Source: a virus | Length of the DNA: 63,687 nucleotides | Reading direction: 5' to 3' (one strand) | Virus record (IMG/VR): IMGVR_UViG_3300045988_102303 | Part shown: one piece after another, positions 1-7,015 of the stretch | Numbering within the stretch: the stretch's first letter is position 1 | How the letters are laid out: each line of letters begins with the position of its first letter | Program-made: the position numbers and the translations under genes | Notes under the pieces: model-generated | What the model saw: only the letters and a program-made list of their open reading frames with translations | The model's database searches: none | What the model was told of the DNA's origin: nothing

Positions 1-99
1 ACAAGTCCTAATTCTTCAAGTTTATTGAAAGTTCTATCGAACCAATTAGGAGCAACTATTTTAGTAACAGCTGTCATGTTACAATGTATATCTGATACA
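1..99. repeat. Terminal direct repeat, copy 1 (identical to 63589..63687)
   Basis: Bases 1-99 (ACAAGTCCTAATTC...ATATCTGATACA) recur exactly at 63589-63687; expected for a circular or terminally redundant genome written with an overlap. Confidence 0.95.
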
Positions 100-191
100 G
101 TTACTTTTTTATAATTGTTTCTAGCTAGTATGTCTGCTAGACCTTCTAATACTTGTTGTTGTTTTTGAGTTAATTTAATTTCTTTTTTCAT
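1..191 (-). CDS. 5' end of the junction-spanning wHTH/zinc-ribbon gene (first 38 codons are unique to 78..191; 1..99 duplicates 63589..63687)
   Basis: ATG at 191 preceded by AAAAGGGGATATATAAAA; reads MKKEIKLTQKQQQVLEGLADILARNNYKKVTVSDIHCN in frame into MTAVTKIV..., the start of ORF 63135..63665. Confidence 0.75.
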   Translation of the reverse strand, partial: MKKEIKLTQKQQQVLEGLADILARNNYKKVTVSDIHCNMTAVTKIVAPNWFDRTFNKLEELGL

Positions 192-221
192 TTTTATATA
201 TCCCCTTTTTATTTATTTAGT

Positions 222-242
222 GAGGTTTTTAGGGATAACCTC
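222..242 (-). promoter_or_regulatory. Conserved 5' leader stem-loop (GAGGTT-N9-AACCTC), copy a
   Basis: Minus strand GAGGTTATCCCTAAAAACCTC then ACTAAATAAATAAAAAGGGGA SD and ATG(191); same architecture at 30339, 63097 and (variant) 62687. Confidence 0.5.
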
Positions 243-267
243 CAACCCTGGAATTTTTATATTTATT

Positions 268-639
268 TTATTGACCTATATATTCACATCTTTTATATAC
301 TGTATTTGGAGTCCATTTTCTTCCGTCTGATGTGCAATAAACTACTTTATGACTTCTTGAGTATTCGTATAATCTACCTAATGTAAATTCTTCTCCTGTT
401 GATTTAACTCTTACTCTTGCCCCTGTTTTTATTCTTGGGTCATGTTCTACTTCTACTAATTTGTTGTATTCATCTGTATTCATGAATTGATTTTCTACTC
501 TAAATGTCATTGTTATTATTCCATCTTGTTCAGCTTTTGCTATACATCTTCCAAAGTACATTCCTTTTTCTTCTAAGTTATGCATTTGTTCTCTTATTTC
601 TTTTTTGTTTAATCCTTCTAATACTATTTGTTTTTTCAT
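268..639 (-). CDS. Hypothetical early protein (123 aa)
   Basis: ORF with SD GAAAAGGGGTTAAGGAAA-ATG, directly downstream of a consensus sigma-A-type promoter; no motif recognised. Confidence 0.7.
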   Translation of the reverse strand: MKKQIVLEGLNKKEIREQMHNLEEKGMYFGRCIAKAEQDGIITMTFRVENQFMNTDEYNKLVEVEHDPRIKTGARVRVKSTGEEFTLGRLYEYSRSHKVVYCTSDGRKWTPNTVYKRCEYIGQ

Positions 640-680
640 TTTCCTTAACCCCTTTTCTTCTTTATTTATTTTATACTTTA

Positions 681-730
681 ATTATATACTTTAGTATGTA
701 ATAAGTCAAGTGATTTTAATAAATTTATTT
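681..730 (-). promoter_or_regulatory. Family-2 promoter, copy A (TTGACT-N17-TATAAT plus A/T-rich upstream element)
   Basis: Minus strand AAATTTATTAAAATCACTTGACTTATTACATACTAAAGTATATAAT; -35 = 704-709, -10 = 681-686, spacer 17; ~45-nt block repeated at 22360 and 30672. Confidence 0.75.
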
Positions 731-743
731 GGAAATTTTTAGA

Positions 744-773
744 TAAAAAAATACTTCCTATAATAGGAAGTAT
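744..773 (-). terminator. Rho-independent terminator after lipoprotein gene
   Basis: 10-bp stem ATACTTCCTA/TAGGAAGTAT with 3-nt loop, followed on the minus strand by TTTTTTTAT. Confidence 0.8.
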
Positions 774-779
774 TTATTA

Positions 780-1295
780 TTATATATCATGTTTTGAATT
801 ATCATCTAATTCGTGTTGGTAACAAGATTTATGAAGTAATGCATTACCTACTACAACACTATCATACCCATTATGTATTGGATATCCGCATATCGCACAT
901 ACTAATTCATCATCTTGTTTTATATTTTCTTGTGTATCTTGTTGTGTTGATTGATTATCTTGTTTATGTTCATCTGTATTTCTATTATCAGGATTATGTT
1001 TAACTTTACCTGAGTTATTTTTAACCCTGTCAGCGCCTTTTATAGATTTATTATTTTGTTGTTGATTAATTATTCTAGTATTATCTTGTTTACGTTCTGT
1101 AGGTTGCTCAGAGGCTGATTTAGTAGGTTGTGGTGTAGTTGCTTTCGGTTTATCTACTTCTTTTTTCTCCTGCTGTTGTTCTTCTTGAAAATAACCACCT
1201 TGCTCATAATCACTTACGGTTGATTCTCCCGCTTTTGTACAACCTGTTAAGGTCATTGTTACTCCTAATACAATTGCTAATACTATTTCACCCAT
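780..1295 (-). CDS. Putative lipoprotein with Q/K/N-rich low-complexity linker and C-terminal Cys/His cluster
   Basis: N-terminus MGEIVLAIVLGVTMTLTGC (signal peptide + lipobox LTGC); C-terminus CAICGYPIHNG...LHKSCY; SD GGAGTGAAAAATA-ATG. Confidence 0.65.
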   Translation of the reverse strand: MGEIVLAIVLGVTMTLTGCTKAGESTVSDYEQGGYFQEEQQQEKKEVDKPKATTPQPTKSASEQPTERKQDNTRIINQQQNNKSIKGADRVKNNSGKVKHNPDNRNTDEHKQDNQSTQQDTQENIKQDDELVCAICGYPIHNGYDSVVVGNALLHKSCYQHELDDNSKHDI

Positions 1296-1321
1296 TATTT
1301 TTCACTCCTTTTATAATATAT

Positions 1322-1347
1322 TAAAAGGGGCATTTATTGACCGCCCC
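1322..1347 (-). terminator. Weak stem-loop/terminator
   Basis: Minus strand GGGGC-N11-GCCCC followed by TTTTAATAT, just after the stop of 1413..1811. Confidence 0.4.
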
Positions 1348-1412
1348 AAGTCATTTTATAGTGATTTAATATTATTATATTGTTATTATTTACAGTATTT
1401 TATATTTTATAC

Positions 1413-1811
1413 CTAATTTTGTAAAAGCTCCTCAATTTCATCGTCATCTAATATATCTAATGCTAATTGAGTTAATACATATACAACATATTCATTATTT
1501 AAATTTGCATATGCATCATGTATATCGGATATTTCATCTTTTACTGTTTCTGGAACTTCTTCTATATGATGTTTTTCAAGCGTACATATATCGCCTATTG
1601 CCTCATGTACCTTCAATGTTTTAAGAAAAACATTTATTTGACATTGTTCTAATGCTTTGTTATGGAAATATGATATTCTTTGACTTTCTTTTATAGTAGC
1701 TGCTGTCTCAAATACGTCTCTCATACCTTTTTCTAGTATTCTATATACCTTTTCCTCTGCCATTTCTATAGCAGCTTCACATTGTTCTTGAGTTAATTCT
1801 AATTCTATCAT
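1413..1811 (-). CDS. Strongly acidic hypothetical protein (132 aa)
   Basis: SD CCAGGAGGTAATATA-ATG; 30 D/E versus 11 K/R by my count; first gene after a family-1 promoter. Confidence 0.7.
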   Translation of the reverse strand: MIELELTQEQCEAAIEMAEEKVYRILEKGMRDVFETAATIKESQRISYFHNKALEQCQINVFLKTLKVHEAIGDICTLEKHHIEEVPETVKDEISDIHDAYANLNNEYVVYVLTQLALDILDDDEIEELLQN

Positions 1812-1845
1812 TATATTACCTCCTGGTTTAATTTTTTATTTATAT

Positions 1846-1877
1846 ATTATATACTTTTTTATATAATTTATGTTAAC
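1846..1877 (-). promoter_or_regulatory. Family-1 promoter (GTTAACA-N17-TATATAAT)
   Basis: Minus strand GTTAACATAAATTATATAAAAAAGTATATAATATATA; TTAACA = 1871-1876, TATATAAT = 1846-1853. Confidence 0.65.
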
Positions 1878-2168
1878 TTATCTTTTATTTTCTCTTTCAA
1901 CTAACCATAAAACACAATAATTAGCTAAGTCTAATATTGTATCGTCTAAGCTTTCATCTTTTACTTCTCCGCATTCTCCTCTGTCAGACAATGATAATAT
2001 TCTATTATATTTGTCTGTAATTCTAGTTAGAAATGATACATCTCCAAATTTATTATAGGTATCTCCAACTGAATCTCCATAGTCAGCATTTTTAGCTTCA
2101 TATGTTTTGCTCATATCTTTTATTATTGCATTATATAAATCTTTTTTATTTAATTTAGGTGTACTCAT
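1878..2168 (-). CDS. DUF1599 / nucleotide-modification-associated domain 1 (Nmad1)-like protein
   Basis: KNADYGDS...FLTRITDKYNRILSL...DESLDDTILDLANYCVLWLV matches the K-x-x-DYG ... R-I-x-DK-x-x-R-I pattern I recall for DUF1599; start overlaps upstream stop (TAATG). Confidence 0.55.
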   Translation of the reverse strand: MSTPKLNKKDLYNAIIKDMSKTYEAKNADYGDSVGDTYNKFGDVSFLTRITDKYNRILSLSDRGECGEVKDESLDDTILDLANYCVLWLVERENKR

Positions 2169-2332
2169 TATTTATTTATCTCCTTTTTAGATAATTTGTA
2201 ACATCCTGCTACTGTGTATACCATTATAACTCCACTAACTGGTAGACTTAATCCTGCTATTGCTAACATAGCTCCAACTCCACCTATTGTTATTATATTT
2301 GCACCTGTAGCACTCATTGTCTTTTTATTCAT
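2168..2332 (-). CDS. Small hydrophobic membrane protein (54 aa, not in ORF track)
   Basis: ATG at 2332: MNKKTMSATGANIITIGGVGAMLAIAGLSLPVSGVIMVYTVAGCYKLSKKEINK; stop TAA overlaps ATG of the next gene. Confidence 0.5.
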   Translation of the reverse strand: MNKKTMSATGANIITIGGVGAMLAIAGLSLPVSGVIMVYTVAGCYKLSKKEINK

Positions 2333-2348
2333 ATTTTTTAACCCCCTA

Positions 2349-3041
2349 TTATTTTGATTTATATATAGGACATTCTTTATTAGCTTCAGGACAATATCCT
2401 AATTTTTTACATTGTGGTACTAATAGGAATTTATATCTTGGTTCAACCTCAACTACTTGGTCAACCATTTGTTTTACTATTGTTCTGATAGGTAATTCAG
2501 CCCTAGTGCACAATCTTACGTTTGCTAAATGAGCCAAACATTCTATATTTACTGCTATGTTACAACTTGTACTTATTCCTATTGGTAATATTGTTCTTGC
2601 TATCTCGTTAGCCTTTTCTCCTATTATGCCTGCATCTTCTAAATAATTTTGTATATAGTTATAGTGCGCATTTACTATATTTTCTTGGTCTTGTATTGCT
2701 TTTACCATGTACTCATTTTGAAATAATTCAGGTGCCTCATAAATACTAACTTTGCCATCCTTATTGCAGTATCTTAAACTTTGTACGTTTGTAACAAATC
2801 CTATATTGTGACGCACTAACTGGTCAACTGCGCTTCTTGGTATATTTTCTAATTCAAATACAAAATGTAAATGTCTACTTCCACTAAAATGTCCACTCTT
2901 TAAACAGTGCATTCCTACTACTTCTGCTTTTTCTTTTGGAGTATTGTAACATATAGTTGCAAACTCACCGTGTTTTTTAATAAAACTTTTTACCTCTTCA
3001 CCATTAACTAATCTTACTTTGAAATCATCAATCGTAAACAT
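2349..3041 (-). CDS. thyX: Divergent flavin-dependent thymidylate synthase (ThyX)-like protein
   Basis: SGHFSGSRHLHFVFELENIPRSAVDQLVRHNIGFVTNVQSLRY parallels the ThyX core (GHxS..EH..FxF...R..QxxRHRxxSxxxxSxRY), but RHR reads RHN. Confidence 0.65.
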   Translation of the reverse strand: MFTIDDFKVRLVNGEEVKSFIKKHGEFATICYNTPKEKAEVVGMHCLKSGHFSGSRHLHFVFELENIPRSAVDQLVRHNIGFVTNVQSLRYCNKDGKVSIYEAPELFQNEYMVKAIQDQENIVNAHYNYIQNYLEDAGIIGEKANEIARTILPIGISTSCNIAVNIECLAHLANVRLCTRAELPIRTIVKQMVDQVVEVEPRYKFLLVPQCKKLGYCPEANKECPIYKSK

Positions 3042-3046
3042 ATATA

Positions 3047-3241
3047 TTATTCTCCTTTATATAAATTTCTCATTGCATATAAATCATCGTATGCTTTATC
3101 AAAATATCTATTTCTTTTAAATATATAAACTGTGTGCCCTATTCCCTTAGTAGCTTTAGTGTAGGGGAACCCTAGCCATGCTAGAGCCCCTGCTAAATTG
3201 CTACTGTGTACTGTTCTTAGTTTTGTAACTTCTTTATCCAT
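3047..3241 (-). CDS. Hypothetical small protein (64 aa)
   Basis: SD GGAGGTGAAATATA-ATG; tightly packed in operon. Confidence 0.6.
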   Translation of the reverse strand: MDKEVTKLRTVHSSNLAGALAWLGFPYTKATKGIGHTVYIFKRNRYFDKAYDDLYAMRNLYKGE

Positions 3242-3432
3242 TATATTTCACCTCCTTTAGCTATATATTCTAATACACCTTTTAATTTAATTATTTTTTC
3301 TGTCCATACATCATATGCCCCTTCTGCCTCATCATATTTACTTCTCTCCTCATAAGCCATAATTAATTGACATACTACTTTAAACGGAACGTCCTTATAT
3401 TCTGCAAATGTTTTATCTTCTCCAATACCCAT
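3241..3432 (-). CDS. Hypothetical small protein (63 aa)
   Basis: SD AAGGGGGTAAAATAAT-ATG; stop overlaps next start. Confidence 0.6.
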   Translation of the reverse strand: MGIGEDKTFAEYKDVPFKVVCQLIMAYEERSKYDEAEGAYDVWTEKIIKLKGVLEYIAKGGEI

Positions 3433-3433
3433 A

Positions 3434-3688
3434 TTATTTTACCCCCTTAACTGGTATATCTCTTATTAAGTCGATAGCTCTATTGATATATTCAATAACA
3501 GTATCAACATCTTTTAATTCTGATTTTGCAATTCCTTGTTTTAATATCCCTTTTCTAGCTTGTTCTAATGTTCTATAATAACCTATATCCTTAAATGTAG
3601 GTGTACCCACTTTTGATATATAATGTTGTCTTAATATATAAGTACCTATAGAGTCAACTAATATTTCATACTCTTTATTTATTCTCAT
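3434..3688 (-). CDS. Hypothetical small protein (84 aa)
   Basis: ATG embedded in CAATGA overlap with upstream stop; the G10 tract serves as its SD. Confidence 0.6.
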   Translation of the reverse strand: MRINKEYEILVDSIGTYILRQHYISKVGTPTFKDIGYYRTLEQARKGILKQGIAKSELKDVDTVIEYINRAIDLIRDIPVKGVK

Positions 3689-3876
3689 TGTTTACTTCCC
3701 CCCCCCCTTATTCTCCATACTTCGGGAATGTCCATAGGACATTGAGCCATCACTTCTGCTATTGGACAAGTCCCTGTTCCATTTTTTGATAAATAATTAC
3801 ATTCGTCGCCTTGATGTTGTTTGCATATGTCTCGAATTAAGATTAATGCATTACGTATGACATTTAAGTCTTCCAT
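3685..3876 (-). CDS. Hypothetical Cys-rich small protein (63 aa)
   Basis: SD AAGGAGGTAACGTA-ATG; contains C-x..C..C..C pattern; C-terminal RGGG is encoded by the G10 run. Confidence 0.6.
   Translation of the reverse strand: MEDLNVIRNALILIRDICKQHQGDECNYLSKNGTGTCPIAEVMAQCPMDIPEVWRIRGGGSKQ
3698..3707 (-). repeat. G10 homopolymer (C10 on plus strand)
   Basis: AGGGGGGGGGGA on the coding strand; encodes RGGG at the end of 3685..3876 and forms the SD of 3434..3688. Confidence 0.9.
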
Positions 3877-3907
3877 TACGTTACCTCCTTATTTATTATT
3901 GTTATAT

Positions 3908-3948
3908 GTTATATATAAAACCTGCTAGCTTATGTTAACTAGCAGGTT
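3908..3948 (-). promoter_or_regulatory. Nested terminator/family-1 promoter module
   Basis: Minus strand AACCTGCTAG-TTAACATAAG-CTAGCAGGTT-TTA-TATATAAC: 10-bp stem, -35 TTAACA in the loop, 3' stem arm + U tract form the 17-nt spacer. Confidence 0.6.
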
Positions 3949-3953
3949 ATAAT

Positions 3954-4883
3954 TTAATGTGAATTAAGAATATTTAAAATACAACATTGTACCCCAACTT
4001 CTGGCGAATACTTCCCACTTTTTATACCGTTGTCATACTGTTGAATAAATCTAAGTGCAGCAAGTAGTCCACCTGGACTTATTTTGGTATTATTTAGTAT
4101 TTTCTTTATCTGCCAATAAGGAAGTCCAGTTTTTTCTGTAATACCTTGTTGACCTTTATGTCCTATCACTAATATAGCCATTGACACATTTTTATATAAT
4201 AAAGATAATATTCCAAGCGGATTACTATTTTGTGATAATAAATAATCTAATACATTTATTGCTTTACAGTTGTTACTTAATATCATATCTACTAAGTCAA
4301 ATACAGTATAATTATATTTTACTGGCATCAAATCTATCAATGTAGCCATTGTAAATTCTTTATAGACTCCAGCAGCTTTTAACCTGTTATACTTATCAAT
4401 TTCGTTTATAATTGTAGTATAATCATTATTACAAGCATTAACAAAATATTCTAATGTTTTCTTATCGGTTGTTAGATTATAATGTTGTATCTGATGTATA
4501 AGTTGAGTAGGAGTTAATTTTTTAAATTCTACTACATAATAATTCCATGTTTTATACCAAGCTGCTTTCTTATTAGCAGTTGTGATTTGAACTATTAGCG
4601 TTCCTAACTTTGCTTTTTCCAGCTGTTTAATATTTTCCTCTAAATGTTTGTTATTTAAAAAATCTAAATCGTCACGAACAACATACACCTCTTTTGTACT
4701 TTTATTAAATCCAAAACCCCTTGTAGTCAACTTATTTAATACCTCACTTACAGTATCAACTCTTTTATATTCACCAAATTGTTTTAGATATACATTTTGA
4801 AGTCCAATCTCATCTCCTGTAAATATATAGAAATTACCTATGTTGTTAGTTCTTAATTGTCTATTTAGCTCCACTAATTCCAT
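3954..4883 (-). CDS. holA: Clamp-loader delta subunit (HolA-like)
   Basis: 309 aa; N-terminus NFYIFTGDEIGLQNVYLKQF resembles the HolA start (xLxYGEExxL); sits in an operon with DnaX and delta-prime. Confidence 0.55.
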   Translation of the reverse strand: MELVELNRQLRTNNIGNFYIFTGDEIGLQNVYLKQFGEYKRVDTVSEVLNKLTTRGFGFNKSTKEVYVVRDDLDFLNNKHLEENIKQLEKAKLGTLIVQITTANKKAAWYKTWNYYVVEFKKLTPTQLIHQIQHYNLTTDKKTLEYFVNACNNDYTTIINEIDKYNRLKAAGVYKEFTMATLIDLMPVKYNYTVFDLVDMILSNNCKAINVLDYLLSQNSNPLGILSLLYKNVSMAILVIGHKGQQGITEKTGLPYWQIKKILNNTKISPGGLLAALRFIQQYDNGIKSGKYSPEVGVQCCILNILNSH

Positions 4884-5206
4884 TATCTTTTCCCCTTTCT
4901 ATGAATTACTTTTTTCTTAGATTTCTCTGCTTTTTCTTTTGCTATATGAATTCGTTGTTTAGCTTCTATTTCCTTCATCATACCTTGAGTAAATCTATCC
5001 TCAAATAGTTTTCTAAATTTTCTTGGCATCACATTTTCCATATCGCATTTTTGTATTTGATACAAGGTGTCATATCTTTTATTGGCAAATATTCTCACCC
5101 ATTTTTCAGTACTTTGCCAGTCGAAACACATTTTACAACTATGAACATATGCACATGCTGTTTCTAATATTTGTTGTTCAGTTGTTATTTTAAGCATAAT
5201 ATTCAC
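4883..5206 (-). CDS. Hypothetical protein inside clamp-loader operon (107 aa, basic C-terminus)
   Basis: ORF overlapping both neighbours by start/stop coupling; no motif recognised. Confidence 0.55.
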   Translation of the reverse strand: MNIMLKITTEQQILETACAYVHSCKMCFDWQSTEKWVRIFANKRYDTLYQIQKCDMENVMPRKFRKLFEDRFTQGMMKEIEAKQRIHIAKEKAEKSKKKVIHRKGKR

Positions 5207-6008
5207 CTCTTCTTAATCTACAATCTAATACCCATATATCGAACGCCATTTCTTTATTAGACCCATTTACTTTTATTGTATTCAATGCTTTTATCGTACA
5301 ATCAATAATATATAATGCTTTTGGGTCATCAATATGTTTTCGACATATAAATAACATCATATTAAAAAACATGTCTAAAGGAAATCCATCTCCTTTTCCT
5401 GTAAAGTTAATTCTATTTTTTATTTTGAACGCATTACCCGTTGTAACCTTCATGATATTATTAAATACCATTTCAGCGAAATTATAACAATCTTTATAGC
5501 CAACTTCCATATATAATTTTACATCACCTGGAGTTGTTGCTATTTGGCATATATTTGAAGTGTCTTCATTATCACTCATAGCTAACACCTCTATAGCATA
5601 TTTTTTTAAATCTTGATATGAATATTTATCTATTTCAAATATAGTTCCTCTGGATATAATAGTCTCTAATACTGAATTTATATCAGTTATTTCCATTGCT
5701 ATATAACAATTCTTTGGTGGCTCCTCAGTTATCTTCAATAATGCATTTTTAGCGCCTAATGACATTGTAGTGCCTTCAGATATCACAAATAATGTTGGTT
5801 TTTCTAATGCAACTGAATCTTGAATCAACTCCCTAATATTGTCTATTTTATTATCAATATATTGCACTCTTAATTGTTTCTCAGCAGCCATCCTCTTTAT
5901 AAATAAAGATTTCCCAGCACCTCTTGGTGCTGAGATTATAGACAAATGAGGTAAATTAGTCATTTTATTTAACATTTCCAGACAATTAATCATTCCAACT
6001 ATTTGCAT
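5190..6008 (-). CDS. holB: Clamp-loader AAA+ subunit, delta-prime (HolB)-like
   Basis: Walker A-like SAPRGAGKS, LKITEEPPKNCY (sensor/EEPP box), SRG motif; overlaps dnaX stop. Confidence 0.6.
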   Translation of the reverse strand: MQIVGMINCLEMLNKMTNLPHLSIISAPRGAGKSLFIKRMAAEKQLRVQYIDNKIDNIRELIQDSVALEKPTLFVISEGTTMSLGAKNALLKITEEPPKNCYIAMEITDINSVLETIISRGTIFEIDKYSYQDLKKYAIEVLAMSDNEDTSNICQIATTPGDVKLYMEVGYKDCYNFAEMVFNNIMKVTTGNAFKIKNRINFTGKGDGFPLDMFFNMMLFICRKHIDDPKALYIIDCTIKALNTIKVNGSNKEMAFDIWVLDCRLRRGEYYA

Positions 6009-7015
6009 AATTGCATCAACTCACTTTCAATAAAAATCTTTGGATTATGTTCATATCTAATTTTGAAATATAATTCATTATAACTATCTAATATACTTAA
6101 TAATTGCCCTGATGTACTATGCTTAATTATATCAGTCACTATAGCTTGACAAGATTGGGGTAAATTGTCACTGCTTCCACCCATTTGAAGTTTTATTACA
6201 TCTAACAATACTTTTATTGAGTCCTTAATGAATAATTTTAAATCTTTGCCATCTAAGAATATATTATCTATTGCCCCCAATACATTTTTTGGTTCTTTGG
6301 ATATTATATTATCTATTATTTCTAATATAAATTGGGTTGATGTTAACCCTAAACATTTTATAACTGCACTAGATGTTATATCTTGAGTAAATCCTAATAC
6401 TGTATCTAATTTTGTTATTGCATCCCTCATTCCACCTTCAGCAAGTTGTGCTATATATTGCAGCGCTTCATCAGTATACTTAATTTCATCAGTTCTAGTT
6501 TGATTCTCTTTTTCTATTATATAGGTTAATCTATTCATTATTCGTTGAGTCGGGATTCTCTTGAAGTCAAATCTTTGCACTCTTGATAATATCGTACCTG
6601 GTATCTTTTGTGGGTCAGTTGTACAAAGTATAAATATAGTCCCCTTTGGAGGTTCTTCTAGTATTTTTAGCAGCGCATTGAATGCTCCTATACTTAACAT
6701 ATGAACTTCATCTATTATAAATACTTTATACGTTCCATCAAGTGATTTCATTTTACAGTTATCAATTAAATTTCTTATATTATCGACCCCATTATTACTT
6801 GCTCCGTCTATTTCTATAATTCTACCTTCACCTTTATTTATTTCATTTGCGAATATTCTAGCTGATGTTGTTTTGCCTGTTCCTGCACTTCCACAAAATA
6901 AATATGCTTGTTTAAATTCATTCAAATCTATTTGATTTTGAAGAACTATTTTTACATTATCTTGACATACTATATCATTAAATTTTTTTGGTCTATATTT
7001 TGTCGCTAAATTCAT
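5999..7015 (-). CDS. dnaX: Clamp-loader ATPase gamma/tau (DnaX-like)
   Basis: KYRPKKFNDIVCQ, GSAGTGKTT (Walker A), IIDEVHMLS (Walker B), AFNALLKILEEPP, ILSRVQRFDF (SRC-type motif). Confidence 0.85.
   Translation of the reverse strand: MNLATKYRPKKFNDIVCQDNVKIVLQNQIDLNEFKQAYLFCGSAGTGKTTSARIFANEINKGEGRIIEIDGASNNGVDNIRNLIDNCKMKSLDGTYKVFIIDEVHMLSIGAFNALLKILEEPPKGTIFILCTTDPQKIPGTILSRVQRFDFKRIPTQRIMNRLTYIIEKENQTRTDEIKYTDEALQYIAQLAEGGMRDAITKLDTVLGFTQDITSSAVIKCLGLTSTQFILEIIDNIISKEPKNVLGAIDNIFLDGKDLKLFIKDSIKVLLDVIKLQMGGSSDNLPQSCQAIVTDIIKHSTSGQLLSILDSYNELYFKIRYEHNPKIFIESELMQLCK

Noticed and set aside
1-99. 99-bp repeat as a genuine biological direct terminal repeat
   Set aside because: This cannot be decided from sequence alone. 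The repeat falls inside a coding region and is exact, which fits a circular-assembly overlap better than a packaging-defined DTR. It is kept as a point to check with read data.
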